A stretch of 64,000 nucleotides of DNA, taken from contig CAVPNL010000009.1 of assembly GCA_963706575.1 (NCBI GenBank), positions 160,001 to 224,000 of the forward strand, given 5' to 3'. Position 1 is the stretch's first letter, and every line of letters starts with the position of its first letter. Below the pieces are notes generated by a model that was not told the DNA's origin, searched no databases, and saw only the letters and a list, made by a program, of their open reading frames with translations. Shown here in pieces: positions 10,018 to 20,047 of the stretch. A program made the translations under genes and the position numbers. Origin of the DNA: an uncultured delta proteobacterium (GTDB taxonomy: Bacteria > Desulfobacterota > Desulfobacteria > Desulfobacterales > JAHEIW01).

Positions 10018-10278
10018 GGACTGAGGACCCTTCTTCGCTCTGGCGAGCTACGACGCGGCAAGCTGAGTGCTGAGGTCTGAGGCGTATCGAAATAGAAAGG
10101 GGCACAAAATGGCCGTGCCAGCTCATGGCGGAAAACGACAACTCATGGTCCCTGGAAGACGATTCATGGCGCAAAACGACAAGTCATGTTGAAAGGGTGG
10201 GTTGGCAGGCAGGTTTTTTTCCTTAGTCCTAAGCACTCATTACTTATCGATAGACCCTGAACACTGAAGCCTGAAACC
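10018..10278. repeat. Heptamer tandem-inverted-repeat element enclosing internal direct repeats
   Basis: CTGAGTGCTGAGGTCTGAGG (10063-10082) is inverted relative to CCTTAGTCCTAAGCACTCAT (10221-10240). TCATGGCGxAAAACGACAA occurs twice inside. A CTGAA heptamer tail follows. Confidence 0.6.
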
Positions 10279-10316
10279 ATTTCTGTGGGACATAACAATA
10301 TATTCGGTACTCTTTA

Positions 10317-10345
10317 TTGACACTGAAGCCGCAACTCTTTATACT
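10317..10345 (+). promoter_or_regulatory. sigma70 promoter for the glcDE-glcF operon
   Basis: TTGACA-17 nt-TATACT. Confidence 0.6.
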
Positions 10346-10470
10346 CATTTTTCTTTATACCGCTTTCGCGCTACATTAAAGAAATAATGAATATCGAAGT
10401 TTGAAAAACGAGTAACATTTCAACCTTCAACCTTCAACCTCGGACATTCCTTGTTCGATATTCAAAAAAC

Positions 10471-13074
10471 ATGATATCCAATCAGCTCATTAATGATCTC
10501 CGGCAAATTGTCGGCGATGCGCAGGTATCGGTTTCCCGCGTGGAGACTGAACTCTATTCGTACGATGCTTCTCTGGCGAAAGGCCAGCCCGGCGTTGTTG
10601 TTTTTCCGGGCAATACCAATGAGGCCGCTCAGGTCGTCAAAATGACCCGCCAGGCCGGTTTGCCATTTGTTCCCCGCGGGTTTGGCACCAATCTTTCGGG
10701 TGGCACCGTTATGGTTTCAGAAGGTGTGGTCATCTGTCTGTCGCGCTTCAACCGCATCATTGAAATATTACCCCAACGGCGCTGCGCCGTCGTCCAACCC
10801 GGTGTAACAAACCTGGAGCTTCAAAACGCCCTGGCCCCGCTGGGCTTTTTTTACGCACCCGACCCTGCCAGCCAGAAGGTAGCAACACTCGGCGGTAATG
10901 TGGGTGAAAATTCCGGTGGACCCCGCTGTTTGAAATACGGTGTTACCACCAACCATGTCCTGGGCATGGAAGTTATCCTTTCCAGCGGCGAGGTTGTTCG
11001 AATCGGCGGGTGTGCCTATGATCCGCCGGGATATGATCTTCGTGGTGCTCTGGTGGGAAGCGAAGGTACCATGGGAATTGTCACCGAGGTGATCGTTCGT
11101 ATTCTACCGCTGCCCGAAACCATCATTACCCTGCTCGTTGTCTATGATGATATTGCCGATGCGGCACGATCGGTATCGGACATCATTTCGGCCGGCATTT
11201 TACCCACAACGCTCGAAATGATGGACGCGCCGATTATCAATGCGGTCGAAGACAGCTATGCCTGCGGCTACCCCCGGGATGCGGCGGCTGTCCTGATCGT
11301 TGAGGTGGAAGGGCTCTCTGTCGGTCTCAATGATCAGGTGGCGCAAATCAGTGAGCTGTGCCGCAAAAATCAATGCCGTGATATTATTGAAGCCAAAGAT
11401 GACTCTGAACGCAACCGTCTCTGGGAAGGTCGGCGCGGCGCTTTTGGTGCAGTTGCCCGCCTGGCACCCAATTATTTGGTCAATGATTGCACGGTGCCGC
11501 GAACCAAGCTGCCCGAAGCGCTGGCCAAGGTTGCAGAGATTGTCAATAAATATGGATTTGAGCACGGTAACGTGTTTCATGCCGGCGATGGCAATTTACA
11601 CCCGTTAATATTTTTTGATTCACGCGATGCGGATCAACTGAAACGGGTAAAAAAAGCAGGCTGGGAAATCATGGAGGCCTGTGTTGATCTGGGTGGTACC
11701 ATTTCCGGTGAACACGGCGTGGGTTTGGAAAAAATGGACGCGATGCGCCTGATTTTTTCTGAACAGGATTTTGCCGCCCAGCGGAGTTTGCAGCAGGCTT
11801 TTGATCCGGATAAACTCCTTAACCCCGGTAAGGTCATTCCGGCCGCCGATCAAAACGAAAACGCCGGCGAAGCGCAAATCAGCCATAAATCTAATGGTGC
11901 CAAAACCGAAAGTGCGGCCGAAAAGGAGATCATCGAAAAAATTCAAAGCGCTGCTGCAAACGGAAATGCGTTGCTACCCGCAGGCTGCGGTACCTTTGGT
12001 CATTTCGGCAACCTGACCAGCAGGGATTGTGAATTGTTAAATAGCGCTGAGCTAGACGGGATTATTGAGTTTGACTCTAACAACCAGTTCGTATCGGTCG
12101 GGGCGGGCGTCTCCCTTGATGCGCTTCAGCGCCAATTATCCGATCAAAATCAGTGGCTGCCCATCAGGCCCTCTTTTTCAGTTCAGGAGCATTCCATCGG
12201 CGGTGTGATGGCACTGGCGGCCTGCGGCCCGGAACGCATGCATTACGGGGCCCCGCGGGATTTTGTTTTGGGCCTGCGCTTTCTGAATGGCAGCGGTCAA
12301 AAAATTTCAACCGGCGGCAAGGTGGTTAAAAATGTCGCCGGCTACGACATGACACGGCTGATGATTGGGTCTGCCGGCACGTTGGGCCTGATCACAGAAG
12401 TGACCTGCCGGGTGATGACCGTACCTGAGCGATGCACAGCCATCAGCGTCGAAGGAAACCTGGCAGGCATTTCTGCCCTGGCTTCGGAGATAATTACTTC
12501 CCGGCTGATACCGGTATTTGTTGTGATTATTCCTGAAAACGGTCAAGGCGACGCAATGACGCACCGGTGCTGCAGGCTGGAGATCGGATTTGAAGGGTTT
12601 GATAAAACCGTCGACGAGCAGCTTAAAAGAACAAGGATTTTGCTTGAGAGAGACGGCCTGGTATTAAAACATCAGCAGGATTATTCTGTTCAGGATGGAT
12701 TTTTTAAAGACATCTATACAGAACTGGCTCAATCGAGCTTTATCCTGCGGGCCGACCTGCCCCTTGATCAGGGGGTCAGGTTTGTTCAGTCTCTGGATAA
12801 GTGGTTATCAGAACCCAAATTGTTTCTGGATTACGGGTGCGGCCGAGTCTTTGCCGGTTTTGAAACCATGCCGGACGGAATGTGGGGCCAGTTGTGCGAT
12901 CTTGCCAATCAATTGGGCGGCCATGTGATATTTGAAAATGCACCTGTCGAGTTCAAGGAGCATAATGATGTCTTCGGTTTCGAGCGGCCGGAATGGAGGG
13001 TGATGCACCGCATCAAGAACGCTCTGGACCCACATCACATCTTTGCCCCCGGCCGACTACCAGGAAAAGTTTAG
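10471..13074 (+). CDS. glcD: Fused GlcD-GlcE glycolate/2-hydroxyacid dehydrogenase FAD subunits
   Basis: First half has PDPASQ, GSEGT, HAGDGNLHP and GEHGVG (GlcD). Second half has GGKVVKNVAGYDM and GSAGTLG (GlcE). Confidence 0.88.
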   Translation: MISNQLINDLRQIVGDAQVSVSRVETELYSYDASLAKGQPGVVVFPGNTNEAAQVVKMTRQAGLPFVPRGFGTNLSGGTVMVSEGVVICLSRFNRIIEILPQRRCAVVQPGVTNLELQNALAPLGFFYAPDPASQKVATLGGNVGENSGGPRCLKYGVTTNHVLGMEVILSSGEVVRIGGCAYDPPGYDLRGALVGSEGTMGIVTEVIVRILPLPETIITLLVVYDDIADAARSVSDIISAGILPTTLEMMDAPIINAVEDSYACGYPRDAAAVLIVEVEGLSVGLNDQVAQISELCRKNQCRDIIEAKDDSERNRLWEGRRGAFGAVARLAPNYLVNDCTVPRTKLPEALAKVAEIVNKYGFEHGNVFHAGDGNLHPLIFFDSRDADQLKRVKKAGWEIMEACVDLGGTISGEHGVGLEKMDAMRLIFSEQDFAAQRSLQQAFDPDKLLNPGKVIPAADQNENAGEAQISHKSNGAKTESAAEKEIIEKIQSAAANGNALLPAGCGTFGHFGNLTSRDCELLNSAELDGIIEFDSNNQFVSVGAGVSLDALQRQLSDQNQWLPIRPSFSVQEHSIGGVMALAACGPERMHYGAPRDFVLGLRFLNGSGQKISTGGKVVKNVAGYDMTRLMIGSAGTLGLITEVTCRVMTVPERCTAISVEGNLAGISALASEIITSRLIPVFVVIIPENGQGDAMTHRCCRLEIGFEGFDKTVDEQLKRTRILLERDGLVLKHQQDYSVQDGFFKDIYTELAQSSFILRADLPLDQGVRFVQSLDKWLSEPKLFLDYGCGRVFAGFETMPDGMWGQLCDLANQLGGHVIFENAPVEFKEHNDVFGFERPEWRVMHRIKNALDPHHIFAPGRLPGKV

Positions 13075-13112
13075 CTTCTTTGTCTTTCTGAGAGGTTATT
13101 TTTTAACCGCAG

Positions 13113-13167
13113 ACTATTTGGCCGAGCGACCTGCTCGGCCAAAAAAAGTCATCCCGCTTCGCGGGAA
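13113..13167. repeat. Palindromic hairpin element between glcDE and glcF
   Basis: TTGGCCGAGCGACCTGCTCGGCCAA hairpin followed by TCCCGCTTCGCGGGA. Confidence 0.55.
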
Positions 13168-13241
13168 CATTTTTTTTAAAATCATGGATTGTAATGCCTA
13201 AATGTTTTTGAATGTACGTCCAACTTTAAAAAAAACAAAAT

Positions 13242-14489
13242 ATGAACATCTCTGAACATTACGATGAAATATCGCATTGCAACCGTTGCGGTTTCTGTCA
13301 GGTGGCATGCCCGATATTCAGATCCACCGGGCACGAGACCGGGGTCGCCCGTGGACGTCTGGCCCTTTTGCGGGCAATTATCGAAGGGCGCCTGGAATGG
13401 AATCGGGAAGCCGAAGAACCGCTTTTTGATTGTCTGCTTTGCGGTGCCTGCACCGCCAATTGTTTTCCGGCGATTCCCACTTCCGATCTGGTCATCAAAG
13501 CCCGGGCGCAATATCTGGAAAAGGTCGGCCGCAAATCCATTCATCGTTTGCTCTTTGACCACCTTTTACCATACCCGCGGCGGCTTCATCTGGCGGCGCG
13601 GGCGGTGGCGCTGGGTAAAAATACCGGAATCGCGGACCTGGCGGGCGCCCTGGGATTGTTGAAAATCTTTGGCCGTGATTTTGTGCATGCCAATGAAATT
13701 GTCGAGCGATTTCCCACCCGGCCGTTTCGGGATAAAATCAGGACCGGAGCCCATAACGGGGAAGGCCAATCGCTGCGTATCGGTTATTTTGTAGGATGCG
13801 GCGTCGATATTATCAGCCAGGATGCCGGCCATGCGACCATGAAGCTTTTGAAAACTATCGGCAAGACCATCCATGTGCTCGAAAATTGCTGTTGCGGTCT
13901 GCCCGCCTGGTCCTATGGTGATTTGAAAGCGGCACAGAAACTTGCCGACAGAAATTTGTCGATCCTGGCCTCTGAAGAATTTGATGTCATTGTGACTGAT
14001 TGTTCCAGTTGCGCCTCTTTTTTAAAAAATTATCCTCAGCTTTTCCCTGAAGGGGGAAGACAGCATGAAAAAGCCGCAGCGGTCTCCGCACGTGTGAGAG
14101 ATATGGTGCAATTGATTCATGCAATGGAAGCGGATGCGCCATCATGGGAATCAGAACCGGCCGTTACCGCAACCTATCATCATCCCTGTCACGCGGCCCG
14201 GGGACAGGGACTTTCAACAGAGCCCGGAGAGATTCTTAATCGGCTGCCGGGAGTTGAATACCGACCGTTGCCCGAGGCGGACTGGTGTTGCGGAGGAGCC
14301 GGTTCCTATGCGTTTGCCCATTATGAGCTGTCGCAACAGGTACTGGACCGCAAAATGGAAAATCTTAAGAAAACCGGGGCCGATCTGCTGGTCACCTCCT
14401 GTCCCGCCTGCATCATGCATCTGTCATACGGGGTGCGCAAGCACGGCCTGAGCACCAAGGTCTGTCACATATCTGAACTGGTTAAATAG
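13242..14489 (+). CDS. glcF: Glycolate oxidase iron-sulfur subunit (2x[4Fe-4S] plus 2 CCG domains)
   Basis: CNRCGFCQVACP, CLLCGACTANC, CCG motifs, HHPCH. Confidence 0.9.
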   Translation: MNISEHYDEISHCNRCGFCQVACPIFRSTGHETGVARGRLALLRAIIEGRLEWNREAEEPLFDCLLCGACTANCFPAIPTSDLVIKARAQYLEKVGRKSIHRLLFDHLLPYPRRLHLAARAVALGKNTGIADLAGALGLLKIFGRDFVHANEIVERFPTRPFRDKIRTGAHNGEGQSLRIGYFVGCGVDIISQDAGHATMKLLKTIGKTIHVLENCCCGLPAWSYGDLKAAQKLADRNLSILASEEFDVIVTDCSSCASFLKNYPQLFPEGGRQHEKAAAVSARVRDMVQLIHAMEADAPSWESEPAVTATYHHPCHAARGQGLSTEPGEILNRLPGVEYRPLPEADWCCGGAGSYAFAHYELSQQVLDRKMENLKKTGADLLVTSCPACIMHLSYGVRKHGLSTKVCHISELVK

Positions 14490-14504
14490 CCACCAAACTC
14501 TGTT

Positions 14505-14630
14505 AGGTGTCAGGTGTCAGGAAGAGACAGAGGACAGAGCACAGAAAACAGATGACAGCGGACAAAGGTCAGACGATTTCTGTTTTCTGCCATCTGTTTC
14601 CTGACACCTGAACACTGACACCTGAAACCT
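14505..14630. repeat. Nested heptamer tandem-inverted-repeat element
   Basis: Outer arms AGGTGTCAGGTGTCAGG and CCTGACACCTGAACACTGACACCTGAAACCT. Inner arms are (ACAGA..)n and TCTGTTTTCTGCCATCTG. Confidence 0.75.
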
Positions 14631-14680
14631 ACTAAGATGATGGGTTTGAGGCGAATCTAATTAAAAAGGAAAAATAGCGA

Positions 14681-15574
14681 ATGGCTAAACTAGACTTACA
14701 CGGCATATTTCCCCCGATTGCAACTCCTTTTATCAACGGTAAGGTTGCATACGACAAACTGGCCTCCAATATCGCAAAGTGGAACCCTACCGGTCTGAAG
14801 GGCTTTGTGGTGCTGGGATCGAACGGCGAATATGTGTATTTATCTGAAGAAGAAAAGCGAACGGTTGTCGACACCGTTGTTCAGTCTGCGACAAAAGAGA
14901 TGCTGGTCATCGCCGGAACCGGTTGCGAGTCCACCACCGAGACATTAAGGCTCACCGAAGATTGCGCCCGGCTTGGCGCCCATGCGGCCTTGGTGGTGAC
15001 TCCCCATTATTATGCCGGCCGTATGGGAGAAGCGGCGCTGATGAACCATTTTTCAGCCCTGGCAGATCATTCGCCGATTCCAATTTTGCTCTACAATGTC
15101 CCCAAGTTTACTCACATAAATATGTCGGCCGATTTTGTTGTCCGGATCTCAGAACACCCCAATGTCGTCGGCCTCAAGGACAGTTCCGCCAATGTTATCC
15201 AGCTCCAGGAAATATTAAACGGGGTTGCCAAAGATTTCAGTGTGCTGGTGGGAACTGCCGGTGTGCTGTTCAGCGGACTGACCATCGGTTGTGTCGGCGC
15301 AATCAGCGCTCTGGCCAATGTGGCCCCGGAAGCATGTGTGAAAATTTTTGATCTGGTCAAAGCCGGTGACCTGGATACCGCCCGGGAGCTGCAGCTCAAA
15401 ATGATTCCGGTCAACCAGGCGGTTACCGCGATTTACGGTGTGCCGGGATTAAAGGTTGCCATGGATATGTGCGGCTATTTCGGGGGAGATCCGCGTCTGC
15501 CCCTGCTGCCTTCCTCAAAGCAGGAAAGGTCCGAGATTGAAGCCATTCTAAAAAAAGCGGACCTGCTTAATTGA
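14681..15574 (+). CDS. DHDPS-family aldolase, 4-hydroxy-2-oxoglutarate aldolase-like
   Basis: GIFPPIATPF, GSNGE, LYNVP, GLKDS. The GIFPP/GSNGE variant is typical of the HOGA subfamily rather than DapA (GTTGE). Confidence 0.8.
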   Translation: MAKLDLHGIFPPIATPFINGKVAYDKLASNIAKWNPTGLKGFVVLGSNGEYVYLSEEEKRTVVDTVVQSATKEMLVIAGTGCESTTETLRLTEDCARLGAHAALVVTPHYYAGRMGEAALMNHFSALADHSPIPILLYNVPKFTHINMSADFVVRISEHPNVVGLKDSSANVIQLQEILNGVAKDFSVLVGTAGVLFSGLTIGCVGAISALANVAPEACVKIFDLVKAGDLDTARELQLKMIPVNQAVTAIYGVPGLKVAMDMCGYFGGDPRLPLLPSSKQERSEIEAILKKADLLN

Positions 15575-15608
15575 AATACTTTTTCACCACAGAGAATCAG
15601 AAATCCAA

Positions 15609-16860
15609 TTAAGCTTTATGATTGTTATTTGTCTTGTTTCCGGCGGTGAAGAGATAAAGCAAAGCTGCTCCGGCGAGGCACACCATACATACCAAAAACA
15701 CCGCATCGAATGCAGCCGGTCCTCGTGAAGCATTCGGGTAAAGACGCTGCATTAAAATTCCCAGTCCCTGAAGAAATACAGCCGGACCCATCATGTTAAA
15801 AAAGTTGATGCCGGTCATGGCTGCGCCTGCCATTTTTTGCGGCATGAGATCTTTGATATGCGGATACATCAACAATCCGCCGGATGAAATCAGCCCGAAC
15901 GACAAAGAAAATGACGCCAATACAAACAGGTCGGTCTTCGGAGAAATAGATCGCCAGTACCAGGTAAATCAAACCCATGAGGAGCAGACAAAAAACAATA
16001 AGCCCTTTGCGTGTTTTGAAAACCCTGTCAGACAGCGTCCCCCACAGCGGGCACCCGATGATGAATCCCACGTTCATCAACAATATCAGATTGCCCGTGC
16101 GTATTGCAGAATAGCCCATCACTTCGATAAGAAACGGTCCGGCCCACAGCACCTGAAAAGCGGCAAAGGTCCCATAGCGTATAAAAGTCGCAACAGAAAT
16201 CAACCAGTAATCCCCGTTTCTTAAGAGAAGGCCCAGATTTGAAAAAGCCTGTTTCATGCTGATCGATGGTTCCCCGCTCGAGGTGTGGGTTGAAGGCTGA
16301 GGGGGGCGGTCGCGAACCACTACAAAAAGCATAACGGTTAAGATGAGGTTGATACCGGCAATTAACTGGAAGCTGTGGCGCCAGCCCATTTGTTCAACCA
16401 GCACGACCAGTGGAGTTGCCGCGATCATGTTTCCGAAGGTGCCGATAGAAACGACAACGCCGGTCAGGGTGGCGAAAATAAGGGGCTCGAACCATTCGGT
16501 TAGCAGTTTAAAAGTCCCCATCAAATTGCAGGCCATGCCGATTCCCAGCAGGATGCGGCCGACCAAACCGATGCCTAAAGCGTCGGCCATGGAAAAAACA
16601 AGTGCGCCCAGGATACCCAGCAGGGAAAGAGCCGTCATCATCAATCGGGGGCCCACTTTATCCAACAACAGGCTGATCGGGATTTGAGCGAATGCGAAAC
16701 CATAAAAGAAGGCGGCCGATAATAAGCCTAACCCCTCTGTGTCAAGAGACAGATCCCGGATTAACTCCGGCGCAATCACGGCGTTTGAAGCCCGATAAAA
16801 TTGAGACAGAAAAAAGTGCGATATTGCAATGATAAATATGATCCAGCGACGAGACATCAT
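15609..16860 (-). pseudogene. MFS transporter split by a single-base frameshift (pseudogene or sequencing error)
   Basis: ORF 15796-16860 (LLDKVGPR motif A) continues in another frame as ORF 15609-15920. Removing one base near 15951 gives a continuous ...VLASISPKTDLFVLASFSLSFG... Confidence 0.75.
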
Positions 16861-16984
16861 TCCACTCTTTATTTTGACAATTCTCTTGTTTCATTTCGTT
16901 ACGGCATATGCGTTATTATGGTGCCGGGCCGGCATGTCAAGACCAAATTATTGTAATTAACCATTTATCCTGCCTTACGTTTTC

Positions 16985-17013
16985 TTGACACCCATCCTTT
17001 GGTTCCCTATATT
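16985..17013 (+). promoter_or_regulatory. sigma70 promoter upstream of sppA
   Basis: TTGACA-17 nt-TATATT. Confidence 0.5.
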
Positions 17014-17041
17014 CGATTAGCCAAGGTCAGAAAATTAAATT

Positions 17042-17126
17042 ATCCGCAGATTACGCAGATTTAAAATGTTAAAAGGCGAAGAGTGTATTAAAATATAATC
17101 TGCGTGAATCTGCGAAATCTGCGGAT
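17042..17126. repeat. 9-mer tandem-inverted-repeat element (GCAGATT unit)
   Basis: ATCCGCAGATTACGCAGATT ... AATCTGCGTGAATCTGCGAAATCTGCGGAT around an AT-rich spacer. Confidence 0.8.
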
Positions 17127-17141
17127 GTAAAGGAAGATAAC

Positions 17142-18128
17142 ATGCGAAAGCCTCTATTCATCATTGCGGTAGTTGTTGTACTTTTTTTAATCAGTTGTCA
17201 GGCACCCAAGATAAGGCTTTTTCCCAGTGCGGCCGATCCATTGCAGGAGTATACGCTTGAGGGGACAGAAAAGGACAAGGTGCTGGTTATTTCGATCAGA
17301 GGAACGATTTCTGACTCTCCCAAAAAGCAGTTTGTCAGCACGCGTCCCAGTATGGTTCAGGAGGTCGTATCTCAACTCCGCAAGGCGGAGAAGGATTCGA
17401 AAGTTAAAGCCGTTATCTTAAAAGTAAACTCGCCGGGGGGGTCGGTTACGGCCAGTGATATCCTGTATAATGAAATTGTGGCCTATAAGCAAAAAACGAA
17501 GGCAAAAGTTGTGGTTGCCATGATGGGTGTTGCCGCTTCCGGCGGATATTATATCTCGCTGCCCGCCGATTATATTTTAGCTCACCCGACCTCCATAACC
17601 GGTTCGGTAGGTGTTTTGTTTTTGCGCCCCGATGTGGCCGGGCTGATGGATAAAATCGGTCTTGGCGTTGAGATTAGCAAAACGGGCAAAAACAAGGACA
17701 TGGGGTCTCCCTTTCGGCAGGCGACCGCCGATGAAAAACAAATTATCAACGACTTGATCGATCAACTGGGCAAACGATTTTTGGATCGTATTGCCGAGCA
17801 CCGCAAAATCGATCCGGATAACCTAAAAGCAATATCGAGTGCTCGGATTTTTCTGGCCGATGATGCCTTAAAGCTGGGGATGGTCGACAGCGTTGGGTAT
17901 CTTGCTGAAGCTGTCAGCCAGGCCAAGAAGCTGGCAGACCTGCCGCAAGACGCTAAAATCGTCGTCTATCGCCGCACCGAGTACCCGGACGACAACCTTT
18001 ACAACACTTCTACATCTCATTATGAAGGCCGGGGACTGTCAATTATATCATTGGATCTCCCCGCCTCCCTGACCGCGTTTCAAGCCGGCTTTTATTACCT
18101 GTGGCAGCCGGGTGTAATGGAAGATTAA
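17142..18128 (+). CDS. sppA: Signal peptide peptidase SppA (S49), probable lipoprotein
   Basis: NSPGG, AASGGYY, TGSVGV, KTGKNKDMGSPFR; lipobox-like LISC. Confidence 0.92.
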   Translation: MRKPLFIIAVVVVLFLISCQAPKIRLFPSAADPLQEYTLEGTEKDKVLVISIRGTISDSPKKQFVSTRPSMVQEVVSQLRKAEKDSKVKAVILKVNSPGGSVTASDILYNEIVAYKQKTKAKVVVAMMGVAASGGYYISLPADYILAHPTSITGSVGVLFLRPDVAGLMDKIGLGVEISKTGKNKDMGSPFRQATADEKQIINDLIDQLGKRFLDRIAEHRKIDPDNLKAISSARIFLADDALKLGMVDSVGYLAEAVSQAKKLADLPQDAKIVVYRRTEYPDDNLYNTSTSHYEGRGLSIISLDLPASLTAFQAGFYYLWQPGVMED

Positions 18129-19144
18129 TTTGCCTGCTTATCGATCGTGTCTGCCGATTGCCGCCCCAGGAAATGTGTGATGGTTACATCCACAATCTCC
18201 TGCCACATGTTGTTTCCGACGGATGTCTCATCAATTATAAGGTGATGCATTTTTATTTTCGTTGCCGTTTTGTTTTTTTTAACCGGATGAATGTTCCATT
18301 GATCGAGGTTTTGATCCTGTATCATGTTTTGCAAACCGGAAAAGGAAATGAGCTCATCCTGCTTATCGATAAAGACAACGGTGGGTATATTTATTTTTGG
18401 ATTCAGATTGTCTTCTAAATGCGCATACATCTCAAACAGAGCATTGTAAGCGGCAATTGGTGTTCCATTATTTGTCAGGTAGGACTTATGAGCGATACTC
18501 GGGATAACGATTCTCGGAAAAGGCGACAATATTTTTAAAAAACTATTTCGCTTGTGCATTTTTATCGCCGGGGCAAACAGCACCATTTTATCAAACGTAA
18601 CCTTAGGGTTTGAAGAGAGTAGATCGACCCCAAGCAATCCGCCCATCGAAAAACCGACAAAAAGCAATGGGGTTGCATACAGATTGCTTTTTCTTTCAAT
18701 GCGCTGATAGGCTTGATAGGCCTCGCTTTTCCACAAAGCGTAGGTAACGGATTTGAAAGTTTCCATGCGTGCATCGGCACTATCAGCATGGTTGAGATCA
18801 GAATAGTTCTCGCCATGACCGCGCAATGACAGGTTTAAGCAATCGATTCCAAAATCATTCATCCTGGCGATAATGGACTCCATTTTTTCCGGCCGGCTAT
18901 TGAGTCCATGGATAACCAGGGCCACACCGTTTAATTTTGTGTTATTTTTTCTTTTATACCAGCGGATCGAGGGATTTTCCGCCTCTTTTTCATCTGACCG
19001 TTCATCCGAATACTTCAAAGCCAGTAATGCTCGGCCGGATTTAACACCGGCGCTTTGGTTACCGCCAACCATATCCGATAGGTCGGAACCACCGGCCGAC
19101 AGAATTAAACTGACAATAAATAGAGCGATCGATACCGTTTTCAT
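18125..19144 (-). CDS. Secreted alpha/beta hydrolase (esterase/lysophospholipase-like)
   Basis: IHGL, LRGHG, nucleophile GFSMGG. Signal peptide MKTVSIALFIVSLILSA at the revised start 19144. Confidence 0.8.
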   Translation of the reverse strand: MKTVSIALFIVSLILSAGGSDLSDMVGGNQSAGVKSGRALLALKYSDERSDEKEAENPSIRWYKRKNNTKLNGVALVIHGLNSRPEKMESIIARMNDFGIDCLNLSLRGHGENYSDLNHADSADARMETFKSVTYALWKSEAYQAYQRIERKSNLYATPLLFVGFSMGGLLGVDLLSSNPKVTFDKMVLFAPAIKMHKRNSFLKILSPFPRIVIPSIAHKSYLTNNGTPIAAYNALFEMYAHLEDNLNPKINIPTVVFIDKQDELISFSGLQNMIQDQNLDQWNIHPVKKNKTATKIKMHHLIIDETSVGNNMWQEIVDVTITHFLGRQSADTIDKQAN

Positions 19145-19313
19145 AATGATCTTCAGTTCGTAAAGAAAAATTGAATCAAGCCCATACCATATAATCATTA
19201 TAACGGAAAAGGAACAAAAATGGTTGCCGGCAATAGTATAAGCCGGCAAATTGAAATTGACATCCATCCACAAATCAAATATGTTGGCGGAAATTTATCT
19301 GAGGAGGTCAGAC

Positions 19314-19721
19314 ATGAAAAACATTCGCATGTTTCTCAAACCGGTGGGCCTTTTATTGGCTGTTTTTATGTTCTTAATCTCCGGTCCGTGTCAGTCGGCT
19401 ATGGCCGCAATGATCGGAACCGAATCAGTCGTCAATACTGATAGCGCGCAAAATGCGCGGGAATATCTTAAAAGCCTGTTCGCCCGCGATGATGTGAAAA
19501 GCGCACTGGTATCCCAGGGCATCGATCCCGGGGAGGCCGAATTCCGCCTTGATAGTCTGACGGATGAAGAAGCAACACGCCTTGCCGATCAGTTGCAAGG
19601 GCTGCCTGCCGGCGGCTTTTTTACAACCCTTCTTATTGTTGTCTTTGTCGTTTTTCTCGTTCTTTTAGCCACCGATATTGCCGGGTATACGGATGTATTT
19701 CCATTTGTAAAATCCAAATAG
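19314..19721 (+). CDS. PA2779-family exported protein
   Basis: RBS GAGGAGG; signal peptide; GIDPGEAEFRLDSLTDEE..LPAGG followed by a hydrophobic C-terminus LLATDIAG. Confidence 0.7.
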   Translation: MKNIRMFLKPVGLLLAVFMFLISGPCQSAMAAMIGTESVVNTDSAQNAREYLKSLFARDDVKSALVSQGIDPGEAEFRLDSLTDEEATRLADQLQGLPAGGFFTTLLIVVFVVFLVLLATDIAGYTDVFPFVKSK

Positions 19722-19758
19722 TAGAAACCGTCTCAAGAAAAATAAACAGGCGTTTGTA

Positions 19759-19789
19759 ACCGGGAAAGGGGAGACGCCCCTTTCCCGGT
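19759..19789. terminator. GC-rich hairpin after the PA2779-like gene
   Basis: ACCGGGAAAGGGG-AGACG-CCCCTTTCCCGGT. Confidence 0.6.
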
Positions 19790-19892
19790 CCTTTCCATTA
19801 AGGACCCCACCCGATGATTTCAATATAGCACCCGATTTCGCCTTTTTATGCTGCTCTCCGCTTAATTTAATAACCGTCAAAAATTTGCCGAC

Positions 19893-19934
19893 TATGAAAA
19901 TATTTTCATAATTTGATGTGAATAATAATTCATA
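19893..19934. promoter_or_regulatory. Tandem palindromic operator / enhancer-binding sites
   Basis: Perfect 18-bp palindrome TATGAAAATATTTTCATA plus related TGTGAATAATAATTCATA starting 24 nt later. Confidence 0.55.
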
Positions 19935-20020
19935 ATCTTTTTAACCGACCCAGCGGCGGTTTTTTCATAACATACTGTTATTACAAGTAATATTATTAAA
20001 TATGTCATATTTCATCGCAT

Positions 20021-20037
20021 TTGGCATGCTATTTGTA
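20021..20037 (+). promoter_or_regulatory. sigma54 (-24/-12) promoter
   Basis: TTGGCATGCTATTTGTA, with GG at 20023-24 and GT at 20035-36 (GG-N10-G[C/T]). Confidence 0.6.
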
Positions 20038-20047
20038 TAGATGTATA

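Noticed and set aside
10120..10190. Direct repeats TCATGGCGxAAAACGACAA as a mini-CRISPR
   Set aside because: Only two copies with a short spacer, and no cas genes.
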